A DNA stretch of 64,000 nucleotides from sequence record NC_009705.1; one strand, 5' to 3'. The position numbers and the translations under genes were made by a program. This DNA is from a plasmid. How positions within the stretch are numbered: position 1 is the stretch's first letter; the number at the start of each line of letters is the position of its first letter. The notes beneath the pieces were generated by a model. That model searched no databases and was not told the origin of the DNA. It saw nothing but the letters and a program-made list of their open reading frames with translations. Below are positions 40,519-51,018 of the stretch, in pieces.

Positions 40519-40713
40519 ATGACTATTTCTAAAAGAATGCATCCCAATGACATTACTGATTTGGGATTGACTGACGATCAAGTTTCCATTGTAGAAACAG
40601 GAGAGGAACTTCCCGCTGAATTAACTGGGGATGATGGTTATACAAATACATTTTGTACAGCCATTTATGACGGCGAGAAAATTATTTATTCCGATGAAGG
40701 TAAAAAAGATTAA
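40519..40713 (+). CDS. small acidic protein (64 aa)
   Basis: ORF with a GAGG Shine-Dalgarno, immediately upstream of the ArdC-like gene. Confidence 0.4.
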   Translation: MTISKRMHPNDITDLGLTDDQVSIVETGEELPAELTGDDGYTNTFCTAIYDGEKIIYSDEGKKD

Positions 40714-40728
40714 TTTCTGGGGTGTGGT

Positions 40729-42777
40729 ATGGCTAAACGTAATGCACGACAAGAACTAACCGATAAACCTAAACGTAATTCACGTCAAGAATTGACCGAT
40801 AAACTTATTGAAGCTTTAGAAAGCCATGATCAATCTCCTTGGCGCAATCATTGGAAAAGTGTGGCGATGCGCCCCTATAATTATAAGTCAGGGAAAGCAT
40901 ACCGAGGCGGCAATGTATTAAATCTGATTTTTGACCAATCCGCAAAAGACTCTGTTGATCCACGTTGGATGACTTTCGCTCAAGCAAGTAAAGCGGGATT
41001 TAAAATTAAAAGAGGATCAACCGCCTCACTGATTGAATATTGGAATTTTGTAGAACCAGAAGCAGAAGCAAAACCGGAAACGGGCAATGAGAATGATGGT
41101 GATGACACACCAAGAATGTTTGTCCGATATTACACCTTGTTCAATGGGCAAGATATCGAAGGCTTACCCGAAATGCAGTATGTCAAAGCCACATTCCCTC
41201 CGAACGAATTGGCAGAGCGGTTGGTCAAGGCCACGGGTGCAAAGCTTGAACATCGTACTGTAACCGCTACTAGGTCTCAGGTTTTAGAAGATGCGGCATT
41301 CTTCTCACACCGTAACGATACGATTGTCTTGCCGCCGCTGGGCGCGTTCCACAGCCAGCATGACTATTACGCAACACTACTTCATGAATTATGCCATTGG
41401 ACAGGTTTTGAAGACCGCCTTAACCGTAGAGGTAAAAGCGAAGAGATAGATCCAGAGTCACCAGAGTATGCCCGTGAAGAGTTGAGAGCAGAGCTTGGAG
41501 CTTATTTTCTGACCACTATGTTGGGTATTGAAGGAGAAGTACAGAATCACGCCAAATACACGGGCCACTATTTAGCGCTACTGAAAAATGATAAAAACGA
41601 AATCTTCAAAGCAGCCAGAGATGTTGACCACATAATAGAGCATCTATTTAGCTACGATCCTGAATTACTCAACATCATTGAAGGCAACACGATTGCTGAA
41701 AATGTGATGGCTGAAGAGGCAAACCAAAATCAAGACCTAGGCTTACCCAACTTTATACCCCCTGCTGACAAAGTACAGGTCGGTGCTCCCCCGTTCAACA
41801 TTGTCAATTTTGACACATGGGAGCATGGCGCACTTCCCGTCACCGTCAATGACGTTGTGACCTTTGCCAGCCCAGACAGTGAGTATTATGGTCAGCGCTT
41901 CGCGATCGCCTCTTATGGGTCAGACAACACACAGGCAAAGTTAATTCAAATTGACATTAATGACTGTCTTGCGACTCACGGGATCGATGAAAAAATTGAT
42001 TATCCTGTTGCTGATCTAGCCCTTTTCATCTCACTACCTGATGAGGTTCGATTTGAGGTACTGGCAAAAGAGAAATGTGCTGATATCAACTTGCCCGAAT
42101 CATATCTAAAGCGAATTCTTGCTAGTCAGGCAGAACTGGAATCCTACCTAAAAGAAAATACCGAACATGCGGCTTCTGCCGATAACGTTTCCGCTTTTGT
42201 CATGAAAGAAGCTAAACGTTGGCAATCTGCCAAGCCGTTCCATGATGAATGGCGTAATTTTGAAAAACAGTTTATCTCTAAATTAGATAAGAAATGGCAT
42301 ATAGAGAATGATGTCGTGCTCCAAATTTTGGCGACAGTAAATGAATTAAAAACAAACGTATCCACTTTATGTGATGAAAGTTCTACCGTGGCCATAAGTG
42401 AACAGGCCCGATTTGCCAATCTCAAATCGGCGTGGGCATTAATGTACGGTACACAGGGGAATTACTTTGATCCTGATCGCGATGTTTTATTAGATGAACG
42501 TTTCGCTGAAATAATCGCACCCTTCATGGTCGCCCCTTCACCCGACCCTGTACCCGTATTTGATTCCGCACCCGTACTAAAACCAGAACCAGAGTCTGTT
42601 ATTGTCGATCATGGCACAGTGGCGGACAACACCGACCGATACTCATCGGACGATGAAGACGATATTGATTTCAATGGGGATCGGCAGAGTCCCCCTCAAA
42701 ACGCCCCTAAAGCAGCACTAGAGATTGATGAAGACGAACTAACCCCACTGGGCAACTCAAGTAGCTTAGAGCCGTAA
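40729..42777 (+). CDS. ardC: ArdC-like antirestriction protein (N-terminal ssDNA-binding domain + HExxH zincin domain) with a long acidic C-terminal extension
   Basis: ArdC-N-like LIEALESHDQSPWRNHWKS...YRGGNVLNL. Zincin motif LLHELCHWTG. 682 aa. Confidence 0.7.
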   Translation: MAKRNARQELTDKPKRNSRQELTDKLIEALESHDQSPWRNHWKSVAMRPYNYKSGKAYRGGNVLNLIFDQSAKDSVDPRWMTFAQASKAGFKIKRGSTASLIEYWNFVEPEAEAKPETGNENDGDDTPRMFVRYYTLFNGQDIEGLPEMQYVKATFPPNELAERLVKATGAKLEHRTVTATRSQVLEDAAFFSHRNDTIVLPPLGAFHSQHDYYATLLHELCHWTGFEDRLNRRGKSEEIDPESPEYAREELRAELGAYFLTTMLGIEGEVQNHAKYTGHYLALLKNDKNEIFKAARDVDHIIEHLFSYDPELLNIIEGNTIAENVMAEEANQNQDLGLPNFIPPADKVQVGAPPFNIVNFDTWEHGALPVTVNDVVTFASPDSEYYGQRFAIASYGSDNTQAKLIQIDINDCLATHGIDEKIDYPVADLALFISLPDEVRFEVLAKEKCADINLPESYLKRILASQAELESYLKENTEHAASADNVSAFVMKEAKRWQSAKPFHDEWRNFEKQFISKLDKKWHIENDVVLQILATVNELKTNVSTLCDESSTVAISEQARFANLKSAWALMYGTQGNYFDPDRDVLLDERFAEIIAPFMVAPSPDPVPVFDSAPVLKPEPESVIVDHGTVADNTDRYSSDDEDDIDFNGDRQSPPQNAPKAALEIDEDELTPLGNSSSLEP

Positions 42778-42850
42778 AGCGGGGCTGAAGAAGTCCTCAC
42801 TACAGATCAATGCGAGGCCGTTCTACGGCCTCTGCTGCCGAGGTGACAAT

Positions 42851-43351
42851 ATGGCACTATTTGAAAACGCTTCATCTGACTTAAATAAAAAACTCGCGCA
42901 TCAAGTCTTAATCGAAAACCAAATTAAAAGTTACACGAATCTCCTGACCTTTTTTGAACAGCGATTAAATGTTCATGGTTATGAGTTCGCATACCGCTCC
43001 AAAGGCATCACTATTATTGATTTACCCCCTGAGATTTACGCTACTGTTGCTACCGAGGTATTTGGCGAGTTTTTAAAAGATGGCAATAACCAATCTATCT
43101 TCCACTCGTTCTTTCAGGTTAAAAAGTCTATCTTTCGTTTACGGGCAGATGAATTTCTTGATGGCATCATGCGGGTATTAAGTCGTTCTGCCATTGTCAT
43201 TATTGAATATGATAAGCCAGAAGGGGTGACATACCAAGATGAAATCTCCGATGAAGAGTGTTCACTAATGAATAAGCACATGTTATCTGCTTCAACTGAG
43301 GGTGGGGGGGACAGCACGGGAACTCATAGCTCATTATTAATGAAGTATTAA
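42851..43351 (+). CDS. hypothetical protein (166 aa)
   Basis: ORF followed by the hairpin terminator at 43356-43380. Confidence 0.5.
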   Translation: MALFENASSDLNKKLAHQVLIENQIKSYTNLLTFFEQRLNVHGYEFAYRSKGITIIDLPPEIYATVATEVFGEFLKDGNNQSIFHSFFQVKKSIFRLRADEFLDGIMRVLSRSAIVIIEYDKPEGVTYQDEISDEECSLMNKHMLSASTEGGGDSTGTHSSLLMKY

Positions 43352-43355
43352 TAAT

Positions 43356-43380
43356 AAAAAAGCCCACGGAGTGGGCTTTT
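43356..43380. terminator. rho-independent terminator
   Basis: aaaagcccac-gga-gtgggctttt. Confidence 0.65.
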
Positions 43381-43465
43381 ACAGGGCGGGTGTTAAATCA
43401 GAGATATACTGTGGTAAAGTAAAAAAGCCTAATTAATATATTATAGCGGACTCGTAATGTATATA

Positions 43466-44143
43466 TTAATTTGCTATATTTATAATCATAGGTTGTTCTT
43501 GATAATCAAATTTATTATTTGTTATAACTGTCATGAAATGCTGATTTAAACAAAGAGATACTAATGTTGAGAATATAGGGATTAAATGACTCAACGAATT
43601 GGCCACCATTTTACTGACCTGAAATTCATTGGTGTTGGGGATAGAAGAAAACCTCGCTCTCAATGAGACGGTTAACGAGTCCAGAAAGCTCCCGTAGTCC
43701 TTTAATAATAGTGCGTTAAATCTTAACCCCTGCGGCGTGGCTCTTAAGATATTTATTGCATAACCCGCTGGAGTGCTATTTATGGCTAACCAAAAGCCAG
43801 AGTGTGGTTCATCTGACTGACAAATATAAATACACATAGCAGGTAATTCAGACAGAACTGATACTGAGTGAGATGTTAATAACAACGTCTCTTTCTGTGT
43901 GGTGCATTCTGCAATTAATTTAGAGTAGTCCCACGGAATTAACATGCCTAACGTATTTAGTTCATGCATCGAAATAGAATTAAAACTGCTACTGTCATTA
44001 GATAGACTTAGAATTGAATGTAGATCATGTTGTGAAATGTAAGTGTGATTTGTTTCAAATGAAGACCAAATAGATTTATATTTATTTTTAAAGGATTCCA
44101 AATACATCATGGCTGTTTTTTGTTCATGCATGTGCAAGTTCAC
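43466..44143 (-). CDS. hypothetical protein (225 aa) in a low-GC block
   Basis: ORF in an AT-rich context. Confidence 0.45.
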   Translation of the reverse strand: MNLHMHEQKTAMMYLESFKNKYKSIWSSFETNHTYISQHDLHSILSLSNDSSSFNSISMHELNTLGMLIPWDYSKLIAECTTQKETLLLTSHSVSVLSELPAMCIYICQSDEPHSGFWLAINSTPAGYAINILRATPQGLRFNALLLKDYGSFLDSLTVSLRARFSSIPNTNEFQVSKMVANSLSHLIPIFSTLVSLCLNQHFMTVITNNKFDYQEQPMIINIAN

Positions 44144-44522
44144 TTATGCTTGTACGGCCACGCTGATTGAGGCCGAATTACCGTATTCTTCCTTTAATTT
44201 TAGCTCAATTGAGTTTTTGAAGAAATCAATTTCTGATTTATCGTTTGGATTCACGATCATATCATTATCGATCAGTATGGTCGTTGCATATTTAACAGCA
44301 TGCTTAGTTTCATCTTGAAACACACAGACATTGAATTTCATAAAAACTCTATTTTTAAAATAAGTGAATGTTTTAACGTGTTTTAAAGCATAGCAAAAGT
44401 CAGATCTTTTTAAAAGTGATGTGACGGAGTTTTTAACTTACATCAAAAGAAATATCTTGATTATATGAACTTCTGTTCATATTATGATTATCTCAAACTT
44501 TAACTGAAAAATTGGAGGGGCA

Positions 44523-45080
44523 GTGAAATCTAAACCTAATGCAAGCCACCTACTAGATCGCGCTGAGTCGGCAGAAGCTGAGCAACTTTCACTACGTGAG
44601 CAGAATATATCGCTAAAGAGTCAACTAGATGTAATGACGGCTATGGCTCAAGCATTACGCGATGAAATGCGTAAAGGGGACTCGCAACTTGACGCTCTGA
44701 GAGGTCAGGAACCTTATGCCTACGAATTCGTTACTACGGCGGAAAAACATATTGTCTTGAGCAGAACACTCCCGCCCGTGGATATGATTGAGGTTATCCC
44801 GCTATTTACAGCAGCCAAGCCATCAGACCAGCCATTAAATGAGATCATGGCACGAAGCCGAGTTGAGGGGGTTTTCTTCACAGCAAATCACCTCTTGGCA
44901 GCGTTCGAACATGGTTTTATTGATAAGCCCGAGAAAGAAGTTGCAGACGTTGCTCGTATGATCCTTGATTCAATACAATTCATGACAAATGCTCAATCTG
45001 ATGACTTTACCCGTGCATACAGCGATGAAGTTCTCCGCCGTATGGCCGCGAGCCATAGAGGTGAACATCATGCCCAATAA
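44523..45080 (+). CDS. hypothetical coiled-coil protein (185 aa)
   Basis: ORF with a GGAGGGG Shine-Dalgarno. Confidence 0.5.
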   Translation: MKSKPNASHLLDRAESAEAEQLSLREQNISLKSQLDVMTAMAQALRDEMRKGDSQLDALRGQEPYAYEFVTTAEKHIVLSRTLPPVDMIEVIPLFTAAKPSDQPLNEIMARSRVEGVFFTANHLLAAFEHGFIDKPEKEVADVARMILDSIQFMTNAQSDDFTRAYSDEVLRRMAASHRGEHHAQ

Positions 45081-45666
45081 ATTAAGAGCCTATAATGTTC
45101 AAAGCGATGATTTTGGATGTGTTGTGTTTGCTAAAAGTGGCATAGAGGCGAGGCGCAATGGTGCCAATGAACTTGATCTTGATTTCAGTGAGATTGTGTC
45201 ATGCCGACTTGCCCCCGCCCTTGATAAATACGTCAGTGTAATAGGTGGCGTACCGTGGAAAGTACTTGTTGAAGAACACGATTGGACGCAAGAGTGCGGA
45301 TATTGCAATCATCGTGTTTCCAGTGATGAACCCGATCATGTTTGGAATGACGATAGCCAGATTTATTGCAGTATTGAATGTCAGGCCCGTCGGGAAGATG
45401 TTGATCGCAAAAGGCAGAAAGAAAGCGAAGTGGCCGACAAACAGAAATTAGCCGCGATAGCAGCGGCTGAAGCCAAATTTGCTGGCGCATATGATTTTTC
45501 AGCTTACATCCTCGTAAACAAAACCATTAACGTCACTTTCCGATTCCCTAACGGTAAATGGTGCGCTCACTGGTTCCCGCATAATGATTCTGTCACGGTT
45601 TCCCCCGAAGACCTTAAAGCATGGGAAACCTATGCTGCCAGCATGCAGGGGAAACCGCATGATTAA
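45069..45666 (+). CDS. hypothetical Zn-ribbon protein (start refined to ATG 45069)
   Basis: ATG 45069 overlaps the previous stop. Cys cluster CGYCNHRV...YCSIEC. Confidence 0.5.
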
Positions 45667-46153
45667 TCAACTCGAGCTACGCCATATTGAGTTACTGCAA
45701 CACACTATCGGTGTTACGCCAAAGAGCCGTGAACCCTACCACAATCACTTCCTCGCAGGTGATGATCACTATGCCAATACAGATCTTAAAGAGTTAGTCG
45801 CTGCGGGCTACATGGCCGCACAACCCGCTCCCGCGATGTGGGGTGATGGCACTGTTTTTCGTTGCACCCCTGAAGGTAGTGCGCTGGCCATATCCCGTCT
45901 TCCAAAACCTAAGAAACGCAGTCGCTACGACGACTATCTTCATGCCGAGGTGTGTGAATCATTTGCAGAATGGCTAGGCATTGAAGTTCCTGAGAGGGAA
46001 TACAGCGATTCATTTAGTCGAGTTCGGCTAAAGAGCAGTAAAGCTACTGGCGAATACTGCAAAACGCTGAAAGACGCAAAAGCCAGTTATAAGGCTGCAT
46101 TAAAAGTGAATAAGGGCAAATATACACCGTCAAATGGATGGCATTATGAATAA
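45659..46153 (+). CDS. hypothetical protein (start refined to ATG 45659)
   Basis: ATG overlaps the previous stop (ATGATTAA). Confidence 0.45.
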   Translation: MINQLELRHIELLQHTIGVTPKSREPYHNHFLAGDDHYANTDLKELVAAGYMAAQPAPAMWGDGTVFRCTPEGSALAISRLPKPKKRSRYDDYLHAEVCESFAEWLGIEVPEREYSDSFSRVRLKSSKATGEYCKTLKDAKASYKAALKVNKGKYTPSNGWHYE

Positions 46154-46808
46154 ATTAGAAGAGTTGAAGGCCAAGAAACCCGATGATTTAAAGTCAGGAT
46201 CATCTATTGAGGCTGGTTACGTCACCGATAACAATTCAGGCGGCTTCTTCGTTGTCGAATGCAATAATTGTGGCGAAGTTTTCCCTAGCCAACAATTGGA
46301 TGGCGGCGGTGCGATCGCTGATACTGGCGATTATGACGATGCTTATTGCCCGCACTGTAATGCAGTTGACCCAGATGAGTGCTACAACGCGGGCCTAGTC
46401 TGGAATGTTCAGCAGGCCAAGATAACCGCGCTAATATCCCAACGGGAAGCGGCACAGAAAGAACGTGATGAAGCGACGCGACGATTGAGCCGCTATTCAA
46501 TGAGCGCTGGAGAAGCAGACCAGCGCATGTGTGAAAGCCGCGCTGTTCGTCATGAGCTGGGTTTTGGTACAGATGCGAATAACGTCGCGCCTCTTGATTT
46601 AAGCAATGCCATCGTAGATCTGCGCGATAAGTTATCAGCGGCAAACGATATGCTGAGTAAGCCCGTCGAATTCCCTGATTGTGATATTGGCGCAGCTTCA
46701 CACATGGCTCACCGGTATTCAGAAAAGCAATGTGAAGCATGGGTGGCTGGCGTTGAGTTTAGTAAAAAACAAATCATCAAAGCCGGTTTCACGGTAGAGG
46801 GCGAGTGA
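46134..46808 (+). CDS. hypothetical Cys-containing protein (224 aa)
   Basis: ORF with the motifs CNNCGE...CPHCNAV. Confidence 0.5.
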   Translation: MDGIMNKLEELKAKKPDDLKSGSSIEAGYVTDNNSGGFFVVECNNCGEVFPSQQLDGGGAIADTGDYDDAYCPHCNAVDPDECYNAGLVWNVQQAKITALISQREAAQKERDEATRRLSRYSMSAGEADQRMCESRAVRHELGFGTDANNVAPLDLSNAIVDLRDKLSAANDMLSKPVEFPDCDIGAASHMAHRYSEKQCEAWVAGVEFSKKQIIKAGFTVEGE

Positions 46809-46809
46809 T

Positions 46810-47070
46810 ATGGCAATAGACACACTAACATCCGCTACGCAGAGGCGCGTTGCCCGCATTGTTGAGCAACAGCTTGGTATTAAACTCATCGGGATAGTTC
46901 CCGTGCGTGGCAGAGAAACAGATGTACGTTGGTTTGCTAGAAGTGATGAAAATGCTGATTACGAATCTGATGATAGATTATCTGACGTGCTCAGGTTTGG
47001 GGTTATTCGTGGCTTAACGGTCACTTCTAATCGAGAAATATTCATCAATGACATAGGCCCAAGCTGGTAG
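46810..47070 (+). CDS. hypothetical protein (86 aa)
   Basis: ORF abutting its neighbours. Confidence 0.4.
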   Translation: MAIDTLTSATQRRVARIVEQQLGIKLIGIVPVRGRETDVRWFARSDENADYESDDRLSDVLRFGVIRGLTVTSNREIFINDIGPSW

Positions 47071-47076
47071 GGGAGA

Positions 47077-47271
47077 GTGATGGATCTTAACAGTGAGTTA
47101 GACAGAGCGCTAAAGCGTATCGCTGAATTAGAAGTGAAATTACGCAAGCCGATAAAATTGCCAAAAACGAATGGTTATTGGGATGCGGAAGAGCTGGCAT
47201 TTGAGAGAGGTATTCAATTGGCCTGCCAAGAAATTCGTATCGCAGGATTTCGCGTAGAAGGTGATGAATAA
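47077..47271 (+). CDS. hypothetical protein (64 aa)
   Basis: ORF with a GGGGAGAG Shine-Dalgarno. Confidence 0.4.
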   Translation: MMDLNSELDRALKRIAELEVKLRKPIKLPKTNGYWDAEELAFERGIQLACQEIRIAGFRVEGDE

Positions 47272-47531
47272 TGGCTATTTTCATGGAATTACGCTGTGAA
47301 TCGCGTGGAGAGGGGCGTTGTAGGCACAGCGGTACTCGTTGCTGGTCAGATGATAACGATGGCCCACACACGTTCGGCAGCGATACAAAAAAATCAGCGG
47401 CTGATTGCTTCGGGGAGATTGAAAAACAAGCTAAGGATTGCGGCTGGGTAAAGCGGAGGGAGGGCTGGGTATGCCCTAACTGCCTGAAGCATGAAGCCAC
47501 TCTGGTAGAGGAAAATACTGATGGCAAATAA
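47271..47531 (+). CDS. hypothetical Cys-rich protein (86 aa)
   Basis: overlapping stop/start (TAATG). Motifs C..C...CPNC. Confidence 0.4.
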   Translation: MAIFMELRCESRGEGRCRHSGTRCWSDDNDGPHTFGSDTKKSAADCFGEIEKQAKDCGWVKRREGWVCPNCLKHEATLVEENTDGK

Positions 47532-47799
47532 ACTAAAGCAACGCCTCAGTTACATAAAGAATATCAACTCCTACAAGCGCTGGCTGCGCAATAACAATTT
47601 CTATGATTACGTAGGCGACAAGACTGTAATCTTAAAGCAATGGATCACAGAGGGGCCGGAGCAATACCCTTGTTATGTGATGCAAGTCTGTACCAGTTGC
47701 AACTACGAAGAATCAGAGCCTTTCTTCATCTATGGCAATGACTTAATGGACATGGCTCTTACCGTACAACGAACTCAACATAATAGCGCACCATCTTGA
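47521..47799 (+). CDS. hypothetical protein (92 aa)
   Basis: ORF with the motif CTSCNYE. Confidence 0.4.
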   Translation: MANKLKQRLSYIKNINSYKRWLRNNNFYDYVGDKTVILKQWITEGPEQYPCYVMQVCTSCNYEESEPFFIYGNDLMDMALTVQRTQHNSAPS

Positions 47800-47917
47800 C
47801 CGATGGTGTTAAATTTTAGGTGATAACTCCAGTCAGTTGAACTGTTTTTTCGCACAAAATAAATATTTCTCGATTATCGCCGATATACCTAACCATTGTT
47901 CTCAAATTGCTTAGGAT

Positions 47918-48322
47918 GTGAAAATAAAATTATTCGTCATGTTAACTATGGCGGTCGCTGGCAACAGTCAGGCAGTAGCGATCCCTGATATCTCACCACG
48001 TGAGTTATGCAAATACGGGGTCGCAACTAATTACGGCCGATCGGTTGAAACAATGGCCGCCCAACTGATAGGTTCGAACATAACCCGTGTTCAGTATACC
48101 CGTGAACAAGATGGTAGGAGATTCTCGTTTCAATGTAAGCTACTGAACGGAAACAGAATGGCTCTACTGGACGAGACGTTGGGCGAACCCCGCTGGTATG
48201 GTGAAGACCTCGCTGATAGTCAGATTACATATCGGATAACAGAGACTGCCATTATCATCCGTACTATCGGCAATGGCGTTATTTTGAGAGAAAACCTCTA
48301 TTCGATACCTAATCAGAAATAA
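47918..48322 (+). CDS. small secreted protein (134 aa)
   Basis: signal peptide MLTMAVAGNSQA. Confidence 0.45.
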   Translation: MKIKLFVMLTMAVAGNSQAVAIPDISPRELCKYGVATNYGRSVETMAAQLIGSNITRVQYTREQDGRRFSFQCKLLNGNRMALLDETLGEPRWYGEDLADSQITYRITETAIIIRTIGNGVILRENLYSIPNQK

Positions 48323-48586
48323 TCTACACCTTGTATTTCTTACCTGTTTACGTCTAATCATATAGGGTGGAAAAGGATTAATACCCCTACGTGGCTGGCC
48401 GAAAATAGTGGGCTACAGGGCATTGTGATCTCCTGCGAGGGCGGCTTGACAGGCTTCCCTGATGCGATAAACAGCGTTTGTCCGCAAACGCATAATCAGC
48501 TTTCGATCTTCAATATGGTGGTCTGAGAGACCGCCTTTAATACCGTGGGCAATTACACAAAATTACTTACAGGGTCATAAATGTAC

Positions 48587-48997
48587 CTATGCTTCAGGGA
48601 AACTAATCGAGTATTCAAAAACATCGTAATTATTAGTTTTCCTCAAAAAATCCAAAATCATATTTTCTTTTAATTGAATTTTGATAAATGATTCAAAAAT
48701 ATCTTTAGCTATGCTACAAGTAACATAATTAAACCCATCTCTATTAAAGAATAATTGAAACCCTTCCCGTCTTTTATAGTTATTCACGGCAAAGTGATAA
48801 AACTTTAAAACAGTTTCTGGATTTGTCAGGGTGATTGACGCGCATTCTTCTTGCATTGTGGAAGATTTTTTTATCCATGCATCAAGTATCGCGGAATCTG
48901 TCTTTATATTGAGTTGACTCTCCTCCCTTGGCAATCCTCCAATTGAATTATGAACTTTGACTATGGCTAAAGTAGAAGGGGTTTGAGGAAGTGTCAT
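48587..48997 (-). CDS. hypothetical protein (136 aa), co-transcribed downstream of 49007-49552
   Basis: 10-bp gap and the same strand. Confidence 0.45.
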   Translation of the reverse strand: MTLPQTPSTLAIVKVHNSIGGLPREESQLNIKTDSAILDAWIKKSSTMQEECASITLTNPETVLKFYHFAVNNYKRREGFQLFFNRDGFNYVTCSIAKDIFESFIKIQLKENMILDFLRKTNNYDVFEYSISFPEA

Positions 48998-49006
48998 CTC
49001 GTTCTC

Positions 49007-49552
49007 CTAATTATTCTTTAGCTCTTTGAGTTTTTTATTAATTGTTTTTTGCAGTGTCCGAACATCATTTGCACATGAGACATAAACAGTGTCAGAGTAT
49101 TGACGGATAATTAAATCATTATTGTCGAATTGTTTAAGGTAATAGTTATCAGCTATCTTGGGTATTTGACCCTGCATGGCAACATATTCAGGGGTGACGG
49201 AATTTGAAGTGGCAGGGATAACCGCTGCATACTCATTGAAATCACCCTCGTCATTGTCCCCAACGTGAATCGAAAGGTGAGTAACCTTAAATCCCCAAAC
49301 ATCAATGGGTGAGGGGACGGCATACTCCGTATCTGTTTGCTCTCCTTTATTTCCTGAAATAATTGATTTCCCGCCAGCAAGTGCAATCAGTTCCACGAAT
49401 TTTTCAGGGGTGGTACTTTTCTGGCATGACACGATCATTGCTAGCTCAGAACCTGCGTTTTTAACTTCTTCGCTGTTAAATGCAGCGGCAAAGGGTGAAA
49501 AAGCCAGTAAACTTGATACTGAACACAATAAAACGAAATTATTATTTCTCAT
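49007..49552 (-). CDS. secreted protein (181 aa)
   Basis: signal peptide ...LLAFSPFAAA. Confidence 0.5.
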   Translation of the reverse strand: MRNNNFVLLCSVSSLLAFSPFAAAFNSEEVKNAGSELAMIVSCQKSTTPEKFVELIALAGGKSIISGNKGEQTDTEYAVPSPIDVWGFKVTHLSIHVGDNDEGDFNEYAAVIPATSNSVTPEYVAMQGQIPKIADNYYLKQFDNNDLIIRQYSDTVYVSCANDVRTLQKTINKKLKELKNN

Positions 49553-49727
49553 ATACTTTCCTTAAGTGAAATTTCCTTTCACTTTTGGCTGAATTTAGTG
49601 GATGCGGTTTATATACCAGTAATCATATATTAAATTAATCAAAAAAACCAATTGTGCTATTTCATATTTACTTTAATTAATCTAGTATTTAAAGATTATA
49701 GAAAATGTTCACAATAAAGGGGATTTC

Positions 49728-49934
49728 ATGTCCACAAAGTTGGAATATCTTTATCAGTTAAGGGTGTGTGAAATTCAAGATACACTAGAGCGAGTTATTG
49801 AATTAAAGAAAAAAGACCTCAAAGGAAAAGAGTTGTTTACTTTTATGGCAGCGGCTGATCATCGTCTTGCTGAAATAAAAATGGGGGTGATTTATGATAA
49901 AGTTCCCGAAGGAATATGGCAATTCATTCGCTAG
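49728..49934 (+). CDS. Hha/YmoA-family nucleoid modulator (divergent paralogue)
   Basis: Alignable with Hha: ...CEIQDTLERVIELKK...[28 protein letters not shown]. Confidence 0.7.
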   Translation: MSTKLEYLYQLRVCEIQDTLERVIELKKKDLKGKELFTFMAAADHRLAEIKMGVIYDKVPEGIWQFIR

Positions 49935-50038
49935 CGTTAATCAAACGATATGACTGTTATGTTCGAAACTCCGTCGATACGGATTGATTTACGAGCTACA
50001 GGGTTAAATTAATATATGAAAATAGTGAAGAAGATATA

Positions 50039-50317
50039 TTAAATATTCCGCTCTCTATCTTTTATAAGTTTTCCATACAGACCTGATGGATGTTTGGGTT
50101 GTAGCGAAATGTTTTTGATATTGAACCGTTCGAGAACCTGTTGAAAGTGTTCCAGTGTTAATGATGCTGGATCATCTTCATCGAGGTTACTATACATCGG
50201 TTCGTCTTGTTGCGGTGACTCAATAACCATAAAGAAATAGCTGAGTGGCCTATCCCAACCCACTAAAATAGTAACGATGCCGTTGGGGGTAATACCGTCT
50301 AAGTAATGTTGACTCAT
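50039..50317 (-). CDS. hypothetical protein (92 aa)
   Basis: ORF in an AT-rich region. Confidence 0.35.
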   Translation of the reverse strand: MSQHYLDGITPNGIVTILVGWDRPLSYFFMVIESPQQDEPMYSNLDEDDPASLTLEHFQQVLERFNIKNISLQPKHPSGLYGKLIKDRERNI

Positions 50318-50687
50318 GAATATACCTTGTTGTGAGACTTAATCGATGAGTTGGAATACACCTCATGGTCTAAAAATAGAATTTAAAATTGATTTATTAA
50401 ACCAGAATCTTTCTTCGTTGCACATCAGTAGCGAAGAGAGATTGGCCAACGTAGGCGGCAGAGCAAAACTAACATTGAGATACGATCTCACCAAACTGCT
50501 TCATCGCCTCATCTGCGGGAACATCTACTAACCGGATTTGATGGCGGTTATACCCGTAAGGGGCATCTGTATCATCCACGTGTTTTTAATCGCTTACAGC
50601 AGCCATTAACTTGCCGTATGCATCAGCTTAGACATCAAAATCATCGGTATCACCCAATCCCATTTTCAAACCTTCTGAGGAAGATTG

Positions 50688-50709
50688 TATATGAACCTTT
50701 GTTCATATA
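50688..50709. promoter_or_regulatory. candidate operator: perfect 9-bp inverted repeat TATATGAAC-n4-GTTCATATA ~35 bp upstream of the HTH gene
   Basis: palindrome read directly. Confidence 0.5.
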
Positions 50710-50742
50710 TATTAAATATAGATCAGGTAAGAGGTAGTGTAA

Positions 50743-51018
50743 ATGATTAGAAAATTGACGCCACAAGATGTTACTGAACTGCGTATTAAAGCAGGCATGA
50801 CACATGCCAGTGCTGCAAAAAGGTTCTCAAAAAAAACGGGCAGGGCATGGCAGTATTACGAATCATCAACAGAAAACGTAAGAAGCCTGAAACCACAAGA
50901 ACAAGAGCTGCTTCTGTTACTGGCCAATGAACACCCAACGTTAGTGGTACAACCGCGAACCGTTATTAATCCAAAATATTTGGAGCCAGATAGCGGGGAA
51001 CCCACGAATGAATACTGA
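50743..51018 (+). CDS. small HTH (XRE-like) transcriptional regulator
   Basis: LTPQDVTELRIKAGMTHASAAKRFS fits a helix-turn-helix. Confidence 0.5.
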   Translation: MIRKLTPQDVTELRIKAGMTHASAAKRFSKKTGRAWQYYESSTENVRSLKPQEQELLLLLANEHPTLVVQPRTVINPKYLEPDSGEPTNEY

